From NCBI RefSeq assembly GCF_009914755.1, contig NC_060935.1: a stretch of 64,000 nt of DNA; one strand, 5' to 3'. Below the pieces are notes generated by a model. It was not told the origin of the DNA and ran no database searches. It saw only the letters and a list, made by a program, of their open reading frames with translations. Position numbers and translations under genes: made by a program. This stretch comes from the human T2T-CHM13v2.0 reference genome, Homo sapiens. Shown piece by piece: positions 1 to 11,555 of this stretch (the first letter of the stretch is position 1; the number at the start of each line of letters is the position of its first letter).

Positions 1-191
1 AATGTGAAATTATTTTTGTGTATAGATTATGGCTCCTTGTACAGATTATTGCCATTTTAAAACATGCTGTGCTGTATGGATGGCAGTGGTGTTGACAGAA
101 ATATCAATACAGGTAGCATATTGCCAAATGGGAGTTGACTGGTATTTTGCTGATTAGTGACAACATTAGTTTCATTGATAGTCTCATTTGG

Positions 192-409
<218 letters not shown>

Positions 410-899
410 GAATATAAGTCAAATTCTATTGCAACTCCTCTGGGTGTCTCACTCTGTCTATCTATATATATATATATGGGAAATGACTAGTTTGAACATT
501 TCCAGAAATAACTGAACTGCTTTTGAGAGGGGAAAAAGAAAGATCCAAACACTTTACACCAGGACCTTTCTTGTAATGCTTGTTCTCACTTCCCATTTGT
601 TCTAGGGCACCCTTCTGCCTCAGTGAGCTTCTTGCCCACATCTGGCCTCTCCAGGGATCTCTGGACCATATTAACCACATATTGATATTGGCAGGAATGG
701 ACCAAGGCCTGGGGCTTCATCCTCTCAACTTAGAGCATCCAAATAAATTTCAGACATGTATATCAGCATTACCCCGTGTGCAAGGCCATGTGAAGATGGG
801 GTGGTTGTTGGGAGTGGGGCACAAGGGTTGCAGATCAGCAGATATTAGAGTACAGCAGACGGTACTTCCCCAAAATGACCACAGCAACATATCCAGTCC

Positions 900-1410
900 C
901 ATATATATTTAAAACTTTATCATTCCCCAATCAAGAGGTGGAGTTGGCTTCCTCTTCCCTTGAACTAGGCATGAATTTGTAACTGCGTCGATACACAGAA
1001 TATAGTGGAAGTGATGCTCCATGACTTTAAGGTCAGGCCGTAAAAGAGGACACCACTTGGCCCTCTCTCTTTTTCTCTCAGCTGCTCACCCCTGATGCTC
1101 AGCCACCATGTTGTGAGGCAGCCCAGGCCACATTAAGAGGCCACATGTAGGTGTTCTAACCAACAGCCTCAGCTAGGGTGCCAGCCAACAGCTGGCATCG
1201 ACTGCCAAACACGAGAGGAAATGAGCGTTCAGTGTGCTCCAGCCCCAGTCTTGGAGTGTCCTAGCTGAGATCCCAGACATTGCAAAGCAGAAGAGAAAAA
1301 GCCTCCCACTTTACCCTGTCTGAAATTTGTGAACCCACGGAATTTGTGAATAGAGTAAGTAATGGTTTTATGTCACTAAGTTTTGGGGAAATTGTTACTA
1401 AGCCACAGTA
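900..1410 (+). mobile_element. MaLR LTR (MLT1-like)
   Basis: MLT1-type motifs: caagaggtggagt, gaagtgatgctccatgactt, gccaccatgttgtgagg, ctaagttttgggg near the end; subfamily and boundaries approximate. Confidence 0.65.
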
Positions 1411-1508
1411 CCTGGAACACAGAACTCACAGTGGAGGGGGGAACAAGTTACAAACTCTAGGGTAAGGGCCACACTTCAAAGAGAAGGTGATATAGAGCAT
1501 GCATTTTC

Positions 1509-1799
1509 TGTTTTTGTTTTTTTTTAATTTGAGATGGAGTTTCGCTCTTGTTGCCCAGGCTGGAGTGCAATGGCGCAATCTAGGCTCCCTGCAACCTCCG
1601 CCTTCCAGGTTCAACCTCCTGCCTCAGCCACCCGAGTAGCTGGAATTACAGGCATGTGCCACTATGCCTGACTAATTTTGCATTTTTAGTAGAGATGAGG
1701 TTTCTCCATGTTGATCAGGCTGGTCTTGAACTCCTGACCTCAGCCCGCCTCGGCCTCCCAAAGTGCTGGGATCACAGGCATGAGCCACTGCGCCCAGCC
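1509..1799 (-). mobile_element. AluS with internal deletions
   Basis: Reverse Alu; degenerate TSD atagagcatgcattttc (1492-1508) / atagaacaggaattttc (1800-1816). Confidence 0.93.
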
Positions 1800-2509
1800 A
1801 TAGAACAGGAATTTTCAACAGGATAATGCCACCTTCCATAAGGGAGAAAAATTTGTTCTTAGGAGATTAAAAAAAATCTTACTTTGAAAAAATAAAGCAC
1901 AGATATACATAGAGTACTTAAGCAGATAGTAAATCTATTATATTACAATTTAATGGGGGGAGGAGGGCTACTGGGAGTACTGGGAGGAAAAAAGTGTCTT
2001 AAAAGCTTCCTTAGGTGGCGATAATAAAAAAAAAATGGCCGAGGAACTCCAAACTAGAAGGAAGAAGAGATTCATTCTGAGCTGGAGAGGCCTGAGAGCA
2101 GCTTGTCCATGCAGAAGGAGACATTCTGACTCACTGGGAGATCCTGAACAAGTGGCTTGACTTCTCTGAGTTTCAGTTTAATCTTTTGTAAAACAGGAAT
2201 AACAATGTTTAATGTTCAGAGCCATTATTAGGGGTCAAATGAAATGCTTATAAAATTTTTTGCTGCATGATAGACTCTTAGTATTTTGTATGGTGTTGAA
2301 GCAGGTGGACCTGAAAGGGAAGATGATGATTGACAGATATGGGGGAAAGGCAGTTGAGACAGGGGACCCTTGAAGCCCAAAGAGGTTGGAGAACATGTTT
2401 CAAATTAATAGTCTGATCTGTTTAGAGAGCTAGAAGCCGTGGGGTTAGAAGATCAGGCTGAAAAACTAGCCATTGGCAGAGTGTGCAGTACTTTGAGTTC
2501 AAGTAGAAA

Positions 2510-2960
2510 GAATTCATTCCTTCATTTATTTCATTTTTTAAAAAAATAACATACACGTAGAACAGCAGGAGTGTTCATTTAAAAAATTTAAAAAGAATAT
2601 GCACATTGATTAAGCACCTACTATGTGCCAGGACTGTTGGATAAAAAAGTGTGACAATCAGATTCATTGTGACCCATAATGAAATACAATCAGACAATTT
2701 CAGTGCAATTCACATTCTCAGGGTAGAAGAGGAATGTGGAGAGAAGGCTTCCCATGGAAGGTGACGTTTGGGCTGGGCTTTAATGCATGGGGCTGTGATG
2801 GTTGGTGGAAGTGAGAGAGGGACTTCCAGGCACAGGAAATATTTCAGTGTGTGGCCTGTGCAGATCTCAGCAAGCAATGTGCTGTGTCTGTGTGGGGAGC
2901 CTGCTGGAGATGGGACTGGAAAGGCTGATCAGGACCTGGGGGCTTCAGGAAGGCCGTTGC
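2510..2960 (-). mobile_element. L2 3' fragment
   Basis: attcattccttcattt ... taagcacctactatgtgccagg, the reverse of the L2 3' end. Confidence 0.55.
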
Positions 2961-4539
2961 CTGAATGCAAACAGCGTAGACTTGATCTTGTGTCTTTCAT
3001 GCCCTGCCTGCATCTATGAGAGGAAGATCCTTCTGGGAGCAGAGAGGAAAGGATAGAGCTGGAAGTGGGAATGGCAGCTGGTAGTAGTGGATAAACCAAT
3101 CCGAACAGGTGGCAGGGACAGTGCTCAGTCTTTAGTGGCTGAGGGGAGACAGTGGTGGGGGAGACAGGCTGGGGAGTCAGTGTGCCTGCCCGGGGTGAGT
3201 TTAGGAAGCCAGTGGATAACCAATCCACACGTGTTCCTAGAAGCCCTGGGTGACACTAGCTCAGACACCTTCCCTGATCACTCTCTTCACTGGGTGTCCT
3301 CCTCCCAGACTCAGGAATGGGGCCCCCAGAACCTACACATATTCTCATTGATCTACTCCATGGCCACTCATCCTGGTGTCAAAATGGAAAAATTACTGGG
3401 TGGCTAGCTAACAGCGGGGGCTCTGAACAAGCTCTCCAGAGAGCCACCCTATTGATCCAGGGTCTCTTGTGGGCCAGGCACTGGGCACAGCCAGGGTAGA
3501 GGATGACAGTCAGAGATGCCAGAGGCCACTGCCCCTAGATGCCTTGGTGCTCCCATAGTGTGACACAGTCCAGGACACCTGGTGATAACTGAGCTCTAGA
3601 TCCAGGGCTGTTCCAGTGATGAGCAATTTCCACAGACTATTGTGAGGTCATATGCAACACGTTCACCTGTGTTTAGAATTAGAAAACACAAGTGCATGTT
3701 ACCACACTGACATTTAATCTGTGTGTGACTTTGGGTGGGTCATGTCCTATCTCTGGGCCTTCACAATTCAAATGAGGAAAATCCTATCTCACATATGATG
3801 TGTCATTGACTTAGAGGACGTAGATGACAGTTCATGGAGTCTCAACTGCTAGGAGCTTTCTACTCAGTATAGCCCATGCCACATTAGCCCATACTTTAAT
3901 ATGCCTTAGGTGATGCTGTAACTGCTGATCTGTGAGCCATACTTTGAGCCAGCAAGGCTCTAGAGCACTACTGAGAGAAGGAGTCATTACCTGGACCAAA
4001 GAGGAAGGAACGGACACTAAGTGAACAGCTGTCCACATTGCAGCCTCGTGGGATCACTGCCCTGGCTCTCCACAGCAGGCAGAGGCAGCTGGTCTCCTTC
4101 CCTTTCCATGATGGAGGCCCAGAGGTCAAGCCTCCAAGAACCCCTTGTCTCTGAGCAGACTGTAGGGTAATCTTGCGTATCTGGGATGTCAAGGTAAAAG
4201 GTAAGGAAAACTGATAAACACTTCCCCTTCCTAGTCTGTCCTTTTCATACTTCAGCCAGGATGCCTAGGAGGAAGAATAGAGCCGTGGCTCTGGGTTCAG
4301 AGGCTCAGGCATTCTGCAGTGAGTCATCCTAAAAGCATAGAGACTCTCAGTGCCTTGTGCTTGTCATGCCAACTTGAAAAATGGCTCTCCCAATATGAAT
4401 AGAGATGTTTTTAACTAATAACGTTCTCCAAATGAAGTAAGTAATACCAAGGTACACCTACAAGATCCCTCAGCCTCACCACCTGAGACCCCGATATTCA
4501 CAGGCATCTAAAACACACAGGGAGACCAAGTTGCAATCC

Positions 4540-5130
4540 CTCATACATTCCTTCCACAAACAAGTGTAGAGCACTTACTATGTGCCAAGCACTGTGTTGG
4601 GGGCAGGGCAGGCCAAGGTACAGTTTTTGGTTTCAGCAGTTTGTCGTCTAGCAGGGAAGACAGACACAGAGACAAATCATTACAATGTGCTCATCGTGAG
4701 ATTCTTTCAAAGAGCTCTTTGCTTTCTCCGTAGGGAGAGCTTGAAACCAGGGGGCCAAGAAGGTCTCAGGAAGTGGTGATATTGGGTGGCTTCTGAAAGA
4801 TAACTGCGAATTTCCCAAACAGAGAAGGGGACAGATTCCTTCCAGGCTAAAGGAGAAGTAAAAGCCCCAGAGTGGTGGACAGGCTGGGGGTGTGAGAGCA
4901 GCAGAGAGCATGGAAGGTGTGTGGGGTCACGGTGGAACATGGGGCTGGCAGGTCTGTGGAGGCTTGGCTGACAGGGCAGGAAGTTGGGACTTTATCTAGT
5001 CAGCAGCAGAAAGCCAGAAGGTTTTAGAGAAGGATGAGAGGGGACAGGCTTAGAAAGAAGACCTGCAGCAATGGCAAGGATGAGCTGGGAGTGAGAAAAC
5101 CTGTGGCTTGGAGACTAGCTTAGAGGGAGG
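4540..5130 (-). mobile_element. L2 fragment
   Basis: gagcacttactatgtgccaagcactgtg; gggactttatct ... gaaggtttt pattern. Confidence 0.5.
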
Positions 5131-5289
5131 GCCCTGAGGTATGTATGCGACCAGGCTCTGAGAGAAGGCCTCAGGCACCTCCTTCACTTTACTCAGTGGT
5201 AACACCAGCCAACCTCCCTAGCTTAGGCATTTTCTGGTCAGAGGAGGCAGTGGGCATTCATGCCCTCTGTGTGCCATCCACTCCTGGAT

Positions 5290-5460
5290 GTCTTACCCCT
5301 GCTGTTTCTTTTCATTCTCCCAGCACCCTGACAGGTAAGAATTGTTACCCCATTTTATAGAGAGGATTGTGGCTCAGAGGTGTTATTCAGGGAAGGTCAC
5401 GCAGCTGGCAGGTGGCAGAGCCAGGCTGGTGTGACTCCAAAGTCCCTGTTCTTTCCAATG
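5290..5460 (-). mobile_element. MIR
   Basis: ccccattttatagagagg...ggctcagagg...aaggtcacgcagct...tgactccaaag MIR core. Confidence 0.7.
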
Positions 5461-6389
5461 TCCTGTACTTACCTGGGCTTTTAAAAAGCCATGGGGCAAG
5501 AGGGAGGTCCCGGAATGCTAGATTTTCAGAACTTACAGGAGCCTGCGTCTAACTTGCAATGTGACTGGAATAAAGTCAGTCCCACATATTCTTGGATTTA
5601 TTTTTCCTGAGGCATTTTTTAATAGGAAATATCAAAAGGAGTGGCTGGGCCTCTCCTCTCTCTTGAACACTTTTGTTTCACTCTCTAGGTGTTGGTTACT
5701 CATCTCTAGACTCACAGGACTGGCTTGGCTGGTGTGGCAAGTCTCCCTTAAGGGCCCTGCTCACTTCACCCCACTACCCACCTTCCGTCCCCACTCAGAC
5801 TCAGCACAATGAAATAGCTTTGGCAACATTTTAGAAGCTGATATCACTGGGAACCGAGTTTCACTCTGGATGCAACTCATTGCTGGACAAAAAGATGGGC
5901 TCTTTCTTCTCTGAGGCAGAAGGTACTGAGTAATCAGCCAACTACTGCCAACCACAGTGGAGGGAAAGGTTCCATAAGTGCAGCATTTTCCACTCTTGGC
6001 TGCTAGGCTCGTAGAAGGTGGCGTCAGATGAGAGGCTGGCCCTTGAGAGTTGTTCATACTCCAAAAGGCTCTAAGCTGTTTCACTGACACGAAGAAGTCA
6101 GGTAAAGAGGCAATGCCATGCTCTCTTATCTTCTCTTGACAAAAATCCACCTTGTATCCCGTTCCTCCCTTCTAAATCCACAAGTATTTCCTGCTGCAGC
6201 CAGGTGTGCTCCACAACGAAAAGAGCAGGCAAGTCTTTCCAGGCTAAGGGGTTCCATGTCTTTCAGAGACCTACCCTTGGGCCAGGCAGAAGCAATGGCA
6301 GAGGGCAGGAGAGCTCTGCAGGCTCCAGCAGCAAGAGGGTGGCACATTCAGGGCTGGCTGGGGCCCCATGGTGGGGACAGTTTGCAGGG

Positions 6390-6461
6390 CACAGACAAGG
6401 CCATACACAGAGGTCATAAAACAAAATTTATCTTTAATTTGTAAGTGTCAACAGCAGTACA
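6390..6461 (-). terminator. Distal polyadenylation site: ATTAAA (6438-6433), cleavage about 6415
   Basis: Upstream UGUA (plus taca 6458-6461), variant hexamer ATTAAA, downstream GU-rich tract (ctctgtgtatggccttgtctgtg). Confidence 0.75.
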
Positions 6462-9400
6462 AAAGATGGAGTGATGACAACTAGATTAGGGTAGAGAGGA
6501 CAGTCTTGAGGTAAATGAGCATAAATAGGCAGTTCTTATAGACACTCCCCTAAGGGGCCTGAGCCCCATCACGGCATATACATTATCACCCAAAGATGGC
6601 ATGTTGAACATATCAGGAAAGCACCTTGTGCAAAAAGGAAAAAAAAAAAGTAGCTAAGGTGCCAACATACACCAGGATAGATAAAGACAGTGTGTCTTTC
6701 AATTTTGTCTTTTCCCTTAATTATGAGGCAGAGGAGGGGAAGACTTTGAAAAGTACCACTGAAAGATTATTCAATGTTGAGCTTTATCTCACGTCAATAC
6801 TGCACAACAAAATCCAAGAAGTTTGTGTATGCAACAAAGCTAAGAACAATGATTCATTCCTGTAAATTTGAAGAGATTTTTTTTATTTTTCCCATTTCTT
6901 TAATCCTTAGCAAACTTTTTATTATTATTATTATCAAGAGGAGAGTGTGAGAAAGATGTGATGGCAACCCTTAAGGTCATTTAAAAACTTTACACTGGAC
7001 TGTACAAGATTTTTTTTTGATAAACTATTTACATTTTCAGACTTTCAAACATATTCAAAGCAGCAATAGACACTAGTTTTTATGTTTTTTTCTTTTTTTC
7101 TAATTGCCCAAATAGTTACCAGCCATGGGCCAAGTAGGTACCTGCATTATACATAGAATTTCTACAAAGAAAATCTGCAGTTAAAATTTGCTCCAGGATG
7201 TATTAAATGCCCTTAGCAATTCAAGGGCCACACCCAGTGTTGCTATAGGAACCAAAGCACAGTACCTTGACAACAGAGTTGCAGTTGTCCCAACAGCCCT
7301 ACACAAACTTTACACTTTGAAACAGCAGCCAGCATGTCAGTCCAGCATGTCAGTGAATTGTGCTGATTAAATTAACATAGAATACAATTTCACAATATAC
7401 ATCACAAACAAATTACAACGTCGGGGGAAATAAAAGAGTTACAGTAAGATAAGTTATGTAGTAACAGCTTATAAGCTTGTCTAAGGTAATAAAAATTTTA
7501 CATGGCAAATACAATAATGAATGAACATAAATGCTAAGCATTCTAATTTGCTACAAGCTGGAGGAGGGTACAATAAAGACTGCACTTTCAAAAAAGCAAA
7601 AACACATATGACAAAGGAAGACAAAGGGAGAATGCACATGAGCAGACCTGCAATGTGCAGCATACAAAACAGTTAAATATTTGCACATTCCCCATACTCC
7701 AAGAGCACCAGCACTGAGGCCTCACTTTATGCTTGTGGTTCTTCAGGAATAAGAAACTACTGAGCAAGATATGTCACTGAGTTTTCTTCAAGCGTTCATA
7801 TTGCCATGGACACTGATTAGAAGAGTTATCTGCATTAAGCATTACCTTTCTGCCCCCACCCCGCCCACCCTTACCTCTGCCCCAAAGGTACCAGCATTCC
7901 AAATATTTGTTCATGAGCTTTTGGAAAGCAATCTGTCCCCAAAGGGAAAGATAGAATGGGGATGAAAAGGAAATGTGTTTGCATATCAATATTTTCAATG
8001 ATATTAGTACAGGGGCACGCTCAATAGGATATGGCATCAGAAACAGAACATCATTGGCAGGAATAACAGACAGAAGTTGTTTATTAGGGAAGAAAACATG
8101 TCAGGGAGCAGATGACTTAAGGAAATGATGCAAGTGCTTTTGTGAAAGGACAAATGAGGTCATACAATATTATTATACTTTGAGAAGTGAGCTTAAGTGC
8201 CAACTCAATTCTTAGACAAACGTGTACAAAATCAGGCAGGGCTACAGCAACCATTTTTGTCATTTTCTCATTAAAAAGGAAGACCCAGTAGTAATTTCAA
8301 TACATTCCTCTAGCTGCATTTCTTTGCAGTTGTTGGCACTTGGTACAGGACTTCTCATATGATTTAAAATTACTAAGTGATTCTTTTTCCTCTCCCTAAT
8401 GAGTTGGTAGAGGTCAATTCTTTGCAAAATGAGTAAATTGAGAGAAGCAGCCTCAGCTGTGCTGTTCAAGTGACCAGGCTGCCTTCCTACTGAGGGTAAA
8501 TGGGCTTTCCTGAAACAATCCCTGCTTTCTGCTAGTGCTTGTGCTCCTGGCTCAGGAGGGTGTACTCCGAAGAAGCAGCCTGGCTTCAGAAGGAAAAGAA
8601 AGCAGCCTTTAATTTCAGCCCTAGAGTGATCACGCCCTTTTCAAACACCCTCAGGCTCCCGTGGGGCTAATGTTCAGGGGAGGCCAGAATTCGACAAGCT
8701 CAATAGCACTGTGAGCCCACACCTGAATTTAGAACTTGGCCTGGGCTTTGGTGTCAGGACCCTGGCAAATCAAATCAGGCCTGAGGACAAGGCTGGAGAG
8801 TATCAAATACCTAATGAAGCAAACCGAGGTGCTTCTAAAAGGCTGAGCTGGGTACACATGAAAACAACAAAGCTTCCGTACCTTACTGGAAAAGACACTG
8901 CTTCATATCTGCCAATGAAATAGAAAAGTTGTCAGCCTAGCGGCTCGTATCCGCAAAGCGACCTTTTTTTTCTCTCTCCCTTCCTACTTTTTTCCTTTCT
9001 TCCTTCTTTTCTCCTTTTCCTTCCATTCCATATGGCTATTTTTTTTTTTTTTTTTTTTTGGGAGAGGATTGCCTGGCAGTGTCCCAATTCTAAGTGACAA
9101 GGAGAACCCTGACCCTGTAAGTTCTTTAACAAAATGGAGATAATTTTTATTTTTGATTTGAAGATACTATGAAATAGGGAGCACCGCAAAAACAAAGTTG
9201 CTTAACATTCTTGAATCTAAACTGACATGACGGGACGTTTATTAACGGCCGATCTCAGAGGTGGATTTTTGCCTTTGTAGTGGCATTCATGCTTCTTGCT
9301 ATTAAATGGTCACAGAACTATCTTAGAAGATTTATGTAGACTCCCAAAGCAAACTGACTGTCTCCTAACTGTAGTGGAAATTTAGTATGTCCAATCATCA

Positions 9401-9759
9401 ACTTTCTGTAAGAAAAAAGGGAAATGTCTGGATCTGTGGACAGTGGGTTCTGAACTGCATGAGAACCCTGGTGAAACGTTTTGCTGTCCCAGCTGCAGGC
9501 CAAACACTGCTCTCTCACTGTAGCTGATAACTCACTACCCCGAGAGGCACAGTGACTCATCAACTTTCAGTTTGGACCAACATCTATGGATAGAGAACAA
9601 AAAGGAAATACATAACTTATATCTCACTAAGTATTCATGAACCAAAAATAAATTCTATTTCTATGTTATATTTACACAATTAGAAAAATCTAAAATGAGA
9701 TGGTAAAGTCATATAAACTTTGTTTAAGCCCCACTGAAAATAAAATGAATTGATCCCTA

Positions 9760-9767
9760 TGATTGTC
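9760..9767 (-). promoter_or_regulatory. miR-219-5p 8mer site (a second 7mer-m8 lies at 12139-12145)
   Basis: Plus tgattgtc equals miR-219 nt 1-8; Sox6 is an established miR-219 target in oligodendrocytes. Confidence 0.7.
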
Positions 9768-10664
9768 ATTCTTAATTTCCATGGATATTTAGAGCCAAAC
9801 TTGGCTAATAAATAAACTGCTTATACACAAAATTTAGATTCAAATACAGCATTACTGTTTGATCCAATGAAAAAGACGTTTACAATCAGATCATTCCTGA
9901 ATAGCCTTTCATTTTTAAGAACATGGCTAAAAGTAAATGAACCCCAGTACTGAGGCAGAGCTGGAGCTAAAACAAAGTGTTCATACACACATGTATTTTG
10001 CATAAATAAATGAAATAACAAGACATAAAAATGACTCAAATCCGGCAACTGTGAGGCAAGCCCACACGAGTCGAAACAGATGACTTTTGTTCATGTAGTT
10101 TTCGTACAACAGTTTCACATTAGTCAGAAGTGATAAAAAATACCATTTATATCCAGTGCTTATAACACTTACGAAACAACATCTGTGAGTGTGTGTGTTT
10201 TTTGTTTTTTTTTACTTACTATGAGCAAAATCAAGTTTCAGTCCTAAAGAACAGTCCTTTGTTCTCCACCAGCCCAGAATATTATTTTGGCATGGTCATA
10301 AAAACAAACAAAATTAACCTACTATGCTAAATGTTTGCTTTTGTGCAAAATTAATTACATACAATACAATGCTAGCCATACAACACTCTACCAATGCAAC
10401 AAAATAAGAAAGAAGTGAGAGAGAGCAAAAGCAAAAGCCAAAGAGAAAGAAAAAAAACAAGAGTGAACTGAGGAGGAGAGGTATATAATCAAAGAAATCA
10501 GTAAGACAATAATAAATACTCATTTTTTGAGAGAAAAAATGACCTCCTCCTCATTTGAAATAAATGTACAAAAACAAATTTCTAATCCCCAACCAACATG
10601 AATAACAAAGAGTTCCTATCAGTACCTTAATCAGCTTATAGAGAGCACTCCCAGCTAACAGAAT

Positions 10665-10738
10665 AGCTTGTAATTTCTTGGCTAGACCTGTTTATTGCTA
10701 TTAGGCCTTGAGCACTCTTAAATAAATACAAAGGTACA
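10665..10738 (-). terminator. Candidate proximal polyadenylation site: AATAAA (10696-10691)
   Basis: Canonical hexamer with two upstream UGUA (plus taca 10727-10730 and 10735-10738). Confidence 0.5.
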
Positions 10739-11555
10739 CTATTTTCTTCCAAGTGACAAAATGGCTCAAGAAATCTGATGGGGCCATTCCTATGTCCTGG
10801 TGATCAGATTCTGGGTTGTCCCATGAGGTGAACTATCCCATTCACTGACATTCTCCCACTAAACCTCTCTGGGGGAAGCCCCCCGATAGACAACCTGTCC
10901 TAGTTTCAGGAAGGCCAAAATGACATGGCAGAGCTCCCTGTAGTTAGGAGATGGGGAATAAAACCTCACTGCTTCCCACCCCAGTAGCATGTCTTCAAAG
11001 AAATCCTTGTGTGATAAGTGCAGTTCATTTTGTTCACACGTAGGCAGGTCCCCATGTGGCTACAGATAGAGTCAGCCAGAGGAACTCATCTGCTGCCCCC
11101 GGAGCTATCTGTTCCCCAGAGTTAACAGTAGGAACATCCCATATAGGGAATGTATTCCCCTCCTTCTCCTCCCTTACAGTTTTCTTTCATTCTCTAGATG
11201 TATCATGACTATTTGCCACCATCTTTGCTCTGAGGCTGTCATGTGGCTTTTTGCATCCTGGGGATTTTGCAATGAACTCCCTAGATGTGCCAGCTGGGAC
11301 AAGGCAACTCAGTGTAAAGGTGCCAGCCCATGACAGCTTCACTGAGATTCCTGCATGGCCCACGAGCCTTGGGCTTCAGGTTTGGCCGCAGGACTCTCCT
11401 GCCTGGCAGTCACCACTGTTGAACCTTGCTGCTGAATGGAATTCAGGGGGAAATGCCACTGATGCAGACCCTACCACTTGTGAACTGAATTAGGGGAAAA
11501 TTCTGGCAAAAGACTTGAGGTCACAGTGAACCTCAGGGGCATACCTGTTTAAGTG

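Noticed and set aside
2768-6444. Cluster of 60-130 aa ORFs downstream of SOX6
   Set aside because: GC-richer intergenic DNA with L2/MIR fragments; overlapping ORFs on both strands, no domain or splice structure
9039-9059. A21 tract on the mRNA as a possible transcript end
   Set aside because: Genomically templated; a likely oligo-dT internal-priming artefact rather than a poly(A) site
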